From Felis catus (Eukaryota), in NCBI RefSeq assembly GCF_018350175.1, contig NC_058368.1, positions 73,410,001 to 73,474,000 of the forward strand: DNA of 64,000 nucleotides. The letters run 5' to 3'. The notes under the pieces were generated by a model that had not been told where the DNA came from, ran no database searches, and was given only the letters and a program-made list of their open reading frames with translations. Shown here piece after piece: positions 39,243 through 52,200 of this stretch. Numbering within the stretch: the stretch's first letter is position 1; every line of letters begins with the position of its first letter. The position numbers were made by a program, and so were the translations under genes.

Positions 39243-39783
39243 TTTGTTTTCTGAATGAGACCCGTACTTTATTCACATACGAGGAATAAGCCAGTACAAA
39301 ATACATGTTTAAAATATTCACTTGTTGCTAAAATTCTTGCTGCCCCACCCCCACCCCAATGCCACCGATCTGTAGTGTTCTCCCCCCAGCCCCTGGGTTG
39401 ACCTGGGTTTTCTGGACCTCCTGCAAGAGTTCAAGCAGGGGTCATCAGCCCCAAGGGCAAAGGTAAGGTCTGCTGTTGGCATTACAGTCCAGGTTCTCAG
39501 TCACCTCCACCATCAGGTGAGCCTGCTGTGCCCCTGAGCCAGGGGACCTGAAGCCCAGGGCGGTGAAGGGCGTGTGCAGGCAGTGGTAGGAAGGCGGGTA
39601 GTACAGGTACACAGGGAGGTAGTCTCCCGTCCCCTGGTAGTTCTGCAGAATCGCTTCCTGCCCCTCTCGGAGGATGTTCCTGCACAGTGGCAATGCTCCG
39701 GAGCGAGGGCCCAGTATGATTTGATGCCCGCCCCCCTCGTGATGGCAGATGGTGATCACATGTAGGTCAATGAGCTGCTGCCA
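39243..39783 (-). pseudogene. DCPS: 5'-truncated processed pseudogene of DCPS (m7GpppX diphosphatase): C-terminal HIT region plus 3'UTR
   Basis: Minus translation (across frameshifts) QQLIDLHVITICH...LPLCRNILREGQEAILQNYQGTGDYLPVYLYYPPSYHCLHTPFTALGFRSPGSGAQQAHLMVEVTENLDC...LELLQEVQ aligns to recalled DCPS QQLDDLYLIAICH...LPLLRNILHQGQEAILQRY...[45 protein letters not shown]...LKLLQEAQ. AATAAA at 39268-39273 is followed by an A-rich remnant. Confidence 0.88.
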
Positions 39784-40197
39784 AGGTCCAGAAGGAGGAC
39801 AAAGTCATCACAGGAATCTGGCTTCGCAAAATCAGCATTTACTCCCGTATTTCGTGACATCTGACATTACTGAACCCTCACTGTTATTTAAAAAACTCTC
39901 TCCCTCTGTGCAGTCCCAACTTTCTGGTCATTCTCTCCCAATCTCATTTATAGGCTCCACGTCCTTCAACTCATCCTCAGTCACTGGTGTGGGCTAGGAA
40001 GAGAGCGTCCTCTCCTGTGCGATTATGAGGAAGGCAGCATAAACTAAAAGGAGACCCCACTGCATGGTGGGATCAAGCCCAAAGTCATCTGCTTTTCCAC
40101 CCCATCCGTCCAGAACAGTTGTGCAAATCTACCAAAGAAATAAAACATTATCGGTTTAGAAGACACTTCATGAAAAGACCGTTTGACTTTATCTGAT

Positions 40198-40203
40198 TTT
40201 ATT
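40198..40203 (-). terminator. Proximal polyadenylation signal (AATAAA) for CCDC168
   Basis: Plus-strand tttatt about 48 nt past the stop codon, followed on the minus strand by U/GU-rich sequence (ggtcttttcatgaagtgtcttc...tgttttatttcttt). Confidence 0.6.
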
Positions 40204-40250
40204 TTTCACAGAACACCACAATAACAACCAGCTTTCCACTTCAGATGAAT

Positions 40251-43200
40251 CTAGATATGGTTATATCCATTTGGATGAACCGGACTGAAGGACTCCAAGA
40301 GAGACCCCAAGAGCTTTTTGGATGAAGTCCATATATTGCACGAACTTGAAATCTTTGCCACCAGAGGAACTCTGAAGTTTGTCTTCTTTAAAGTTCTTGG
40401 GGGAATAGTCCAGCGAATGGTTTGAGGCATAATCTCCAGCGAATCTGCTGGTATACAGGCATAAAAAAACGGCTGGTTTTGTTTGCTTTCAGAATGGAAG
40501 TAGACATCCTCTTGATGAGGCTTTGATGGTAACTTAGGTTTGCTTGCGTAATGATTCAATCTTTCTGACTCACAATTACATACTTTTTTCTTTCTTGTGC
40601 ATTTCTCTTTATTCTGTGTATAACTGTAATCACAGTCCCAATGAAGGTTGTTCTTTCGAAATAAATCCAACTTTGCCTTCTTTCTTTCTTTGCTTTCAAG
40701 ATGACTGTAAGGTTTGCCTTGGCTTTTTGCAAGATGTAATTTGATATTTGATTCCATTAAGGGAGCTAAAGAGTAGGTGGTTCTGTGCCCTGCAGACCAT
40801 GAAGACTTCCCTTCACTGAATGGAACAGAAGATGAGCTAGATGGAACGTCTACAGTATTTAATGAACCATAGCACAACCAGTCAGAAAATGGTGTTGTGT
40901 CAGATGACCCGTATTTCCTGCTTTTGTGGGATTCATAAGAAGGTGTCACAATTGAGGAATGTTTTCTACAGCCTCTGACACCATGATGGGAACCTGAATA
41001 TTCCCTGTAAAATGGTTTCAAATTAGTTTTGCTTTTTCTCATCTTGTAGAGATTTTCCAAAGGAATGCCTTTCTGTAATTCAAACAGAATGTTTTGGGAT
41101 TCCTGACTTAAATATGGGTTTGCTTCTAAGAACATACATTCTTTGCTCCCATATACTTCAAGAGCTGAGCATGCCTCCAAGTTGGCTAGACTCTCAATAT
41201 TTGTCTGACTCTCAGCAGAATCTTCAGAAATCGGAATTGAATGGGAATCAACTAAATGGGGAGCACTTTCCTGAGTCTTTGGATCAAAATATTTATACGT
41301 ATTTGTTTCTTGAAACCACCCATGACATTGTTTATCTTTTTCTGGAGTCACATGAGACTTTAACTCTGAAAGAACTGTACTATCTTTCTGAGCTGTGCCC
41401 TGTTGATCAGCGTTAGAAGCGCACACATGGGTTGGCTTGAGGAATTTTTTCATCAATGATGAGTTTTCATGGGGACTTTGCTTTTTGGAAGAGATGTGCT
41501 GTACTAACGGTTCTGTGTCAATGCAAAGACCACCACCGCTTTCTCCCCTGTAATCTCTATTTTTACAAATTGCAACTGTGTTTAACTTCAGGATATGTTT
41601 GGGAAGTGCATTTGGTTTAGGGAACATACTTTTGACTGGAAGCCCCAGGAGAAAATGAAGGTATTTGTATCGCAAATCAAGATCTATTTGATGAAGAGAT
41701 TTTTCCTCGAAAAGTAACAAAATTTTGTTTTTTCGTTTTGGTACTTTGGTACCAGAATTAACAAATTTAGATAAACGTTTCTTTGTATTCTGAGCATTGG
41801 CCATTGTGTAGGATTCTCTTACAATTCTGGGAAAGGCTGTCATTTGAATCTCTAATGTTTTTATAGAAAAGTGTACGAAAAGTTTGTCTTTTTCTTCTGC
41901 TGAGTAGTTTGGAAGAATAGGAGTCAATGGCATCTCATTAGCAGAAGTTGCTGAAGATGCTCCACTTTCTAGCTTTCTAATACTCTTTCGGTTTGCAATG
42001 ATCTCTTTGCCGTCACTTGAAACATTGACAATCAGTGTCTTCATACAGCGGACAGGAGGTGAATCCTTGGGGTATTTCTGATTTAAATTAGGTTCTGTAG
42101 CATCAATCCCTTCTAGAGACAAAAAGCACATTTTTTTATGTCTTGGGTATAGCCTCCAACTGTTATGTTCTGAAATAGACTGTTTTAGATAAAAGCTGAA
42201 CTTGTGGAAAGATTTTTTTGCTATCTCTGGTATCAGATTCAGTTTTATTTCAAACGCTTTTGACTCTAAATGATTAGTGAGCTTATTGTTTTCTTTGGGA
42301 AGAAGACGTTCCAAAATGAGTTTTGGCTGCAATTTGGGAGGTTTTGTTGTGGATGTTGTATCTGAACTTCCTGCAAAAGATGGTGACTTCCAAGCATCAG
42401 GCTTATGAGCTTTTATTTTTTCCAGTATATCCTCACAAATTTTGTCCTGAATCATGTTTTTTATCTGGGATTCCAAGATATTTTTAACTGCTTCATAAAG
42501 AGGAAGTAAACTTTCAGCACTTGTCCTTTCTGCCACTACTTTTGTTTCATTACTTTTAACTTGGGATGGTACAGGCCCACTTCCTGGAAAAGTTTTTTGT
42601 TGCTGGACCTTTGGTGTCGTTGTGTCCTGGATAGGTTCACTCTGATCCCCCTGCTCTGGTGGCGAGGCACACCCCATGATATCGAGTAGCTCAGCCCCGT
42701 GTTGTGTTTCTTCTACTCCTGGGAGGGAAATATTCATGCTTAGGGTACTTTCCATGTGGGTTTCTACACTGTCCTTTGGATCATCAGACATGAGTGGACA
42801 CTCTGTGGGCGTCAGAATGGGTTTTGGTGCCTTTTCTTTCTCAGTCATAAGCAAGTAGGGTTCCTTTATGATCCTTGAGCTATCAGGCCCTGGAACAACG
42901 TTTTCTTCTTTTGTTTGTGGAATCAAAATGTTTTCCTTTGCTTCATGGCTGAGATTTGTTTCTGATTTTGACAGCGGGGGGAAGGGAGGACACCCTTCTT
43001 TTACAATGCTTGAGCTGTTCCTCTTAACGTCACTAGTGCTTGGTGATTTCTGTTGGAATTCAGAAAGACAGAGTATCTTTTCTCTTTCTAGGTTTGTCTC
43101 AGATTCTGCTGTTTCTTCAGTCTGAGATGAATTCACCGTGGAAATAGAAAGACTTCTGATACATATTCCTGAAGTATCTTCACGCCACAAAACTGTTTTC

Positions 43201-46200
43201 TTTGGTCCGCTGAAGTCATACTCTAATTTCTTTCTATTGCTTGGAATACCACGTCCTGTGTTATTAAGAATCTGTGAAATTGGGTGATTTTGGATTTTCA
43301 TAGTTAAATATTTGGGGCTCAGTTCTCTCTTCAAATCTGCTATTGTTAATCTGCCTTCCCGGCCTTCAAACTTGAGAGAAAGAGGAATGTAGGCATAAAA
43401 TGAATCCAGAATATGTTTTTGAAACATTTTTCGTGGCTGAATATTTTGTTTTGCACCAGGGACTTCTAGGTCCTTTTTATGTTTTTGCTTGATTGGGCAG
43501 CTGTTTCCTATACGAGTGATCACCTGAGTGTTAATTTGAGACTCCTCTGCCTTTGGAGATGGAGTGTTCCCATTTACAACATTATTTGTGTCCCTTTTTA
43601 AGTTCTCCTCTAGACTGACAATGATGTGTTTGTGCATTTCTGTTTTGTCCTTTTCCAGACAGATAGCTATGTTTGTGTCTATTTTTAATTCGCCTTCTTC
43701 CAGTTCTAATGTTTTTTGCTCCAGATTTATAATAGTACTGGTGTCCATTTTATTTTTTCCTTCCAGATCTTCAGATTGAGCTGGAAAAGTCCAGTGGGAG
43801 GGAAGAGGCTTCTGACATGATTCTAGAATGCATTCCTTTTGTTCTGGCACCAGCAATGCCTGCTCTTTTTTCCCTCCGAGGGTATCAAACACTGTAATAT
43901 CCACATGTGTTCCTGGTAGTATTTGTATTCTGGGGTACACCATAGTTTGCTTGCATACATCTGTTTCCAATTGTGTCTTCTGCCTTCCATCTTTAAGTGG
44001 GAGTTTAAGAGAAAGGCTGGAATCCAGGCAGGTCTCATGTCCCCTTTCAGACTGTAACACCACTTGCTTTTTCACAACAATCTCTTGTTCTTCTATAACT
44101 GGGAGAGTATCTGACTCTGTGATATTCATTTTCTCAAGCGATCCCTTTGTCTGTAGGGCTAATGCTTTGGAAGAGGGCATTTTGCTCATTTTATCATGAT
44201 TTTGTACCTCTTTCTCTGGCTTATCAGATGTGTATGAATTTCCAGATCCTGGAGATGCCTTGGATAACGTTTTTTGTTGGGGGGCATCTTGCTCTGAAAC
44301 AGAAAATCCTTTTGCACGTACAGGGGTACCAAATGTGACATATTTTTCCTTGGGTATTTTCCTTGGTGGTGAAACTAAACTCTTAGGACTCCTTTTATGG
44401 TTTAAATCATCCATTATTTCAGTTTCTTTCTTCAGGTTGGCCATCTTAGCTGGATCCATTGCGGGGTACGAAAGAAACGTAGTAAAAGTTTCTGGTTTGT
44501 ATTTTTCTGGTCGAGCCTCTTGCCCTGTAGAGAAATATTCCAGCCTTTTCCCACTTATGGTACCAAATCCTGTTAAATAAATGTCCTCATGCTGTGAATT
44601 TAAAACTAATAGACTCAAGTCTCCTTCAGATTTGACTTGTGGAGGTTCATTCCTTCGCTGTACACTGACCATGAAGTTGGATGTCCACTGTTGCACTGTC
44701 TCTTCTTGTGGCACAGAGTGTTTGACTTTCTTCACAACGATTTCACTATCACCAGCAACTCCCTCTGTAATTGCTGTTTTCTGGGTATCTGATGATTCCT
44801 GGAGATTTTGCTGGAGAGGAGAGGATCCTGTAGCTCCTGGTACATCTTTGTCTATTTTGTTCCCTGAGTCTAGATAAAGGGCAGGTGCTGATGGGATGGA
44901 AAGAAAAGTCTTTGTCAGAACTATAGGTAGCTCATCTTCACCTTTGCACATATTTTCCTTTTGTTCTTTAATATTCAACACAAATTCCTTTGTGTTAAAG
45001 ATATGGGAAATTGATGAAATCCTGGCCTCTTTGCGATGCATCCTAATCCTCATATCAACTGTTTTCACTTCATACTTTTTTTCTTTCTGTGACATATGTT
45101 GTTTTCTTTCTCTTACATCACGAATTGCCCCTGCACCTGATAATGCTGAAAGCATGCATGGAAGTAGAGAGGGCCTTCTAATTCCAAGCATTTTTTCATT
45201 TACTTGTGTACCTTTATCTAATGTAGGGTTAGCTGAATGTTTGGAAACGTAAATTTTTTTGAGCACTGTACAGGGTGGTTTACCTTGACCTTCATGTTTC
45301 TTTGGTTCTTGCCCTCCAATGATTAGATGCAATTCTGTTCTATGGAGCATATGTGAAGGAGGTGATTTCTTTGACTTCAAGATTGTATCTGTGATATGCG
45401 CCATACTTTTCATATTTGTTTTTTCTCTGTCCTGCTCCTCTTCCTGAGGCATACATTGTTTCGCATTTTGACTATCTTGCAAGACATCACCACCAATTGC
45501 TTCTGTATGTACTATTTCTCTGGCATTTGATACTCTCTGCACAACAGACCTTGTAGCTACTAACATTCCATCATCTACTTGTATTTCTTTATCCAATTGG
45601 AGGAGAGGGAGAGACGAAGATGGAGAGGAAGTGTTGGCCAGAACCACACCTGGTTCATCTTTACTTCCTTGTATCTTCTTTTCTTGATGTTTGGGGAACA
45701 TGAGGTTTACTGTTTCTACTCCACCCCCCTCCTTGTTCTGGGGCATCTGATCTTTTCCTTTTTGTGGACTGATTAAAATATCTCTAGAAGTTGGCTCTAC
45801 ACTTTCCACATCTTCAGAATCTGAAGATTCCTGGAAGTTGACTGGGGAAAGAGAGGATCTTGTTAATATGGCCATTCTCTTTTTCTCACATCTGGGATTC
45901 TTGTAAAGGTGAAGTGGGGAAGATCTACAAGTACAAGTACAAGTCTTAGTTGGTATTGTACCACCTGGCTCACGCTGACCTTCCTGAACCATTCCCTCTT
46001 GGTCTTTAGTTTTCCACGGATGGTCACTTAGATTGTATCTAAGTAAAATAGGTGATCTCTTTTCTTTTAAATGCCTATCACTGGGAGCCACTGTACTATT
46101 CATCTCCATGTTTTTCTCTCCATCTCTCACTTCTTTCTGTAACGTGTGTTCTTTTAATTCTTTTACATCATTTGAAAGTTCTCCATCAGTTGTTTCTGCA

Positions 46201-49200
46201 TATGCTGTTTTCACTGCATCTAGTGATTCCTTGGACTGTAGTTGTGGGAGAGGCACATTTGTAATTCTTATCATGTACCCCTCTCCTTCTGTTTTGCCAA
46301 ATTTAAGATATGGTAGAGTCAGTAAAGAAGTACAGATGTTTCCCAGATTTTCAACGAGGTCATTTTTCTTTTTCTGCATCTTTCTCTCTTGCTCTTTCAT
46401 TTTCCACTGCAATTTTTTGGTATCTAGTATATGTGAAAGGGGTACTTCCTTTGCCTTCAGAGCCATACATCTTGGGACCATTTTGTCTTCAATATCTATT
46501 TTGAGTCTATCCTTCTCTTTTAACTCACCATAAAATGACTTAGTATATGCTTCTTTGCCTGAATTGGATGGATCCTGAATCTTTGATGGTGGAAAAGTGA
46601 AGTGTGTTTTTTCTAATGTGTCTTCCTTTTCATTCATTTGCCTGTCCCATTTCAGGCAAGATGGAGAAGGCAAGGAGGCACAGGCTTCCTTCAGAACCAT
46701 TTCTGGTTCACTTTTGCCTTCTTGCACTTCTTTCCCTTGCTCTTTAATATACAAAGGTAGTCTCTTTCTACTGGATAGATGTAGAGGTGAGGATATCTCT
46801 GCTCTCAAAGTGATTATTTTTGGGAATCTTCTACCTTCCCCATCTTTTATGTTTACTCTGTTCTTTACCTTTGTATATGGCATAGGCTGATTAATTTTTA
46901 TTGTTACATCGAATGAGCCAATGCCCTCATTGGAATCTGCATGTCTGGTTTTTCCTGCATCTGATGACTCGGGGCACAGCAATTGTGAAGGAGAGCATCC
47001 TATCATTGCAAGCGAGTCCTTGTTTTCTTTGATTCTTGTGTCCAAACTGTGGTGAGGTGGGGAAGGTGGGGAAGGAGGAGTTTTTGTCCAAGCCACATCA
47101 GGGTCACCTGCTCTTTGCTGCTCTTGTTCTACTTTCTCCATCATGCTCCACTGTGGTTCCTTTCTGTTGTTCAAAGCACTGTGCTCAGTAACCCTGAAGA
47201 CAGGAGGAGGTGGTGATACCTTTGCCTTACAATCTGTGCCACTGGGCCACATTGAGCCATCTGTGGCTTCTGTTTGTACTCTGTTCCTTTCTTCCTGTCG
47301 TGGGTGTTGTTCTTTTTTTATCACATGGCTATCAGATGACTCTGTAGGTGCCATTCGCCCTGAAGGCAATGATTCTTGGAGCTCAAGATGTGGCACATCA
47401 TTTCTTATTATTCCTGGCTCACCCTCCTCATCTTTTATTGTGTCCCACTTAAGATGAGTTGAAGAAGTGATGAAAGGATGAATTCTGCTCAGAAGCACAA
47501 CAGTGTCCTCGTTATCTTCTTGCCCCACTTCCCCTTGTTCTTTGATGTTGACTTGCAGTTTCTTTGTTTTGAGTATAAGGAAAAGGGGTGATTTCTTTGC
47601 CCTCAAAGCTATGTACCTGGGGTGCATTATGTCTTCCTCAAAAGTATTTGCTTTCTCCTCTTCTGTCTGTGTCATGTATTCTGTTCTTTTTGAACTGCTT
47701 GCGATGCCATTCAAAGGTGGTACTGTATATTTTAATTCCTCGGCATGTGATGATTCCTTGTGCCATGAGGGTGGAAGAGAGGGTCTCGTTACTCCTTCTT
47801 TCTCTTCCTTGCCTCCTATACCTTTGTTTAACTTAAATGGAGGTAGAGAAGTTCTTGTCAGAAGCTTATCTAGTTTGCTTCTTTCCTGTAGGTTTCCTAA
47901 TTTTTCCTTCATGTTTGTCTGTACTTCTACAATTTGGGAGCCACAGCTCCCAGAGGTATAGAGTACATGTGGGAGTGGTAATACCTTTTCCTTGGAAGTT
48001 GTGCCTATGGGATACATTAGATATTTCATATTTACTATTTTTCTTCCATCTTCTCCTTTCTCTGGCTCATACTCTTGCACTACTCTTAGATCCTTTAAGA
48101 TATCATCCCCAGTTGACTTTGTATATGCTGTTTTCCCTGCCTCAAATGATTTCTGTAACAGTAGTTGTGAAACAGCAGGTCTTGTTATTCCTTGGCTGTC
48201 TTCCTCTCCTTCTATTCTTGTGTCCAATTCATGGTGACTTAGAGAAGATTCAGAAGCCCCGTGTGTGGGCAGAACCACTTCCCGTTCACCTTTACCTCCT
48301 CCCTCCATTCTCCCCTGCTCTTCACTTTTCAGATCCACGTTCACCTGCTCTTTAAGATCCGGTGGTATGTCCTGTGAAAGTGCTTGCTTTCTTTTTAAAT
48401 CTTTATCTTTTGGATGCATCACGTCTCTCTCAGCTGATATCTCTACATCACTCTCTTCTTTCTGTGGCACATAGTCTTTTGCTTCTTGTTCATCACTTGC
48501 GGCATGGTCATCAATGGACTCTTTATTTGCTTTTTTCACTGCATCTGATGATTTCTGGTGTGATAGTTCTGGAATACAGTATCTTGCAACTTCAGTTAGA
48601 GAGTCTGCTGTTTTAATTCTTGTACCCAACTTTAAATGAGAAGGAGCAATTATGCAAGGGCTGGTATCGCTCACAAGGACATTTGGCTCATCTTTAATTT
48701 TTTGTACATTTGTCTCTTGCTCTTCAATATCCAGCTGGGTTTCCTGTGAAATTGGTGATGTCTTTTCCCTGAAAGGTATGACTTCTTCCTTTTTTACTCT
48801 CTCCTCTTCTTCCTGCATTATATGTTCTTTGGCTTTATTTATGCTGCTTGAGATATCACCATAAACAGACTCTTTGTATGCTATTTTTTCTATATCTGAT
48901 GACTCCTGGAGTTCTGGTTGTAGAAAAGAGGACCTTCTTTTTATTAGCCTGGTTTCTTCCCCTGTTATTCTTATGTCCACTTCTGAGTAAGATGGAAAAG
49001 AGACGGAAATACAAGATGTGTTCCGAATCCCAACTTGATTATCTTTATGTTCCTGCATGTTTTTCTCATTTTCTTTGATGTTCAACTGTAATTCCTGTGT
49101 GATTGGAGACTGTTTCACTTTCAAAGCTATTCTTTTGGGTTGCATTATTTCTTCCAAAGACATTTCTACTCTATCTCTCCGTGGCATATATTTTGCTTTT

Positions 49201-52200
49201 TTTATACTGCTTAAAATATCATCAGTTGGCTCCTCACGTACTCCCATTGCATCAGATAATTCCTTGAGTGTCAGTGATGGAAGACAAAATCCTGCGATTC
49301 CTCGCATGAGGACCTCCTTTATTCCAGGCATCCGTTCCAAGTGCGGTGAAGAAGGAAAGGAAGCATGGTGTTTATTCTGAACCATGTCTAGATCACTTTT
49401 ATCTTTCTGCATCGTTTCCTCTTGTTCTTTGTTATTCCACTGTGGCTCTTTTCCATGCAGTATATATTTAAAAGGTGTTTTCTTTCCTTTAAAAGTGACA
49501 CATTTGAGGCCCATGATGTCTTTCACATATACTATATTTTCTCCATCTTCCTTTTTTCCTTGTGGCAAATGTTTTGATTCTATTACACGGCTTAAACTAT
49601 CTCTATTAATTGACTTTGCAAATTGTGTTTTCCTGACACTTGATGATACCTGGGACTTTAGCGGTAGAAGGCAGCTCTTTAGTATTCCAGACTTACCTTG
49701 CCCTACTTTTATTCTTGAATTCACATCAGTATGTGGTAGAGATGGTAAGGAAGCACACAAGCTTGTCAGTTTCATACATGGTTTACCTTTACCTATCCGC
49801 ACCTTGCTGTCTTGTCTTGTAATGAACGAGCCAATTTGTTCTGTGCTTGGAATGTAATCCATGGTGCTAACTACTTCTTTTGATGCCTTCTCTTTACATG
49901 GCATCTTGCTCTGAAATATGTCCCTCAAAGAGTGAGAAGCAGGTTTTGGAGAAATCTGGTGTATACATTCTGGTTGCTTTTCTTCTTTTCCCTCAACAGG
50001 CAAGCCAATTCCTTCTGTATTTGAAGTGTGGTACATTGGAGCCTTTAATACTTCCTTTACACACGGCAATTTCATCTGAAGGACATCTGTCAAGGAATAA
50101 GAAACAGATGTTGGAAGAGCCTTGCATGTACTTTCTTTTTGAGGTTCTTTTCTTCTCCTGTTGTGCAAGTCAACTCCTTCTGAGCATGGAGGTTGGTCTA
50201 CTGGAGTATCTGCTTTATTTGATGCTTCGTCTACCACTGAACTCAAAACTTTTGAACTCCTTCCTTTCGCTGAGACATTTTTCTTTAGCTTATTATTATG
50301 GAGTCGATGCACTATGCGTGAAGAAATGGATTCTAGAATATTTTCTTTATTCTGGTTAGACCTATGTAGTTGCTTCGCCTTCAGTTTTTCAGAAAAAATC
50401 TTTTTCTTTTCATTTAATCTCAATGGACTATCAGTTACCTGTGATTGCTCTTTTCTCCATGGATTTACATATAAATTTATAGGAATGCTTACATCTTCCT
50501 TCCTTGTATTTACCACCTGTGTTATCTGGAAATGATTATCCCTATTTGGGCAAGATATAGAATCCACAGTACTTTCAAGAATGTCATCTGGCTCCACCTC
50601 TCCTTTCTGCACTGCAGATATATTTTGCTGGGCCACCAGATTGGTGTAAAGAAACTTCTGTCCTTTTGAGCCTTGGAAGATATCAGTTTCTTCTATATCT
50701 TCTCTTCCCAATAGATGTGAAATATTTTTTTTGCTGGTGTACATCTCTTCCTCAGCTACCTTTCCTGTGTTTTCCAAACGAGAAGGTTCCATAATGGGGT
50801 AGGCAACAGACCCCAGATTTGTCACTGAAACACTTCCTTGTTTTGGCAATTCTTGCTCCTTGCAAGTCTTCTGTTGAGAAGCATTCAACTCTGTAAGAAA
50901 TATATTCTGTCCTTTTGAACTTAATGAAGCATCAGTTTTCTCTGATACTTGTCTCCCCGATGGAATTGAAACCGAACGTTCAACCATGTCTATGTCTTCT
51001 TCCTTTACTCTTTGTGCAACAAGGAATTCACATCCTGTAAGTTTTTTAACTCTTGGGGCATCGAACCTAGGGTAATCGATATCCCTCTTCTGGGAAGATA
51101 GACCAGGGTATACTTCTCTTTCCAACGTTACTCCTATTTTCACGGGGTCAAGCTCCTTCTTCACTTGTTGGCCAATCACTAACTGATCTTTACATTGAGG
51201 GAGAATGTCTAGTAAAAGAGTTTGGTGATTTTCTTTTTGTGCTCTAATGCATTGTTTCAGTGTTTTGATATTTCTTGATATAGTATTCTTAATATCAGTG
51301 GACTCTGAAGATGACATTTTTCTTTGGCTTAGTGATTTCTCTAGCTTTCGCTGGGGAGGAGTGTAAAGGGGCTTTCTTGGCCTGTCTTTCTCCCTTTTTA
51401 CTTCTGTAAACTGTTTAATTTGAGAGGGACCGGATCCAGAATCACAAATAGTGCTCAGAAGTAAATCTGTTACAGTTTTATCTTGCCAGAACTCCCTCTT
51501 CTGCTTCTTCATGTTACATGTCTGTTCCTTTTTGTTTCTTCTGGTCCTACATCCTATAGTATGACACAGCTGGGAAACAGGTAGCTTCTTTGCTTTCAAT
51601 TTTACCCGTTTGGTATGCATACTGTTTTTCACATCTGCTGTTTTTGCCATAGCTTTATGTTTTACGATTTGAAGATACACAGGTGTGCAGGCATAAGCAG
51701 AGCTAGCATTTGGTTTGTTTAGGGCATTTCCCTTTTCAGAAGACTCTTCAGAGATACCCCAGGTACTAGGTGATGACTCCATTTTTATGTGTGAAAAAAT
51801 AGGCATGGAATCATATACGGATTTGAGGTCCACACGTAATACAGTTTTCTCTCTCTTCATGTCTATCTTCTTTTCCTGTCGCTCATTATTGCTTAAAGCA
51901 GCATGACTGGTAGCATGAAGCAGTTGTGAAATCACTAGCCCTTCGGTTGGCAGCTCTCTATGTGTTGGCTGTGTGTGACGGAACTGTGATCCTCTGTCAA
52001 TCCCTGTTTTCAATCTGCTCTGCCTTCTAAGGTCAGGGGCATCCGGTGTGAAGTCAGTGGTATTTGGAAATGTATTAGCCACATTTTTATCCTGCCTCAT
52101 CTGTTTCATTTTCGTTTTTAAATTGGATCCAGGTTTATCCCTGTATTTTGTGGTAAACTGCCTTCTGATCTTAGGTATTTGTGAAATTGCCAGCTCTTTT

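Noticed and set aside
39790..40150. Acceptor-like tttatttctttggtag on the minus strand (~40128-40144) suggesting an extra downstream exon
   Set aside because: No supporting ORF or donor; more simply the U-rich element downstream of the polyA signal, next to L2-like sequence.
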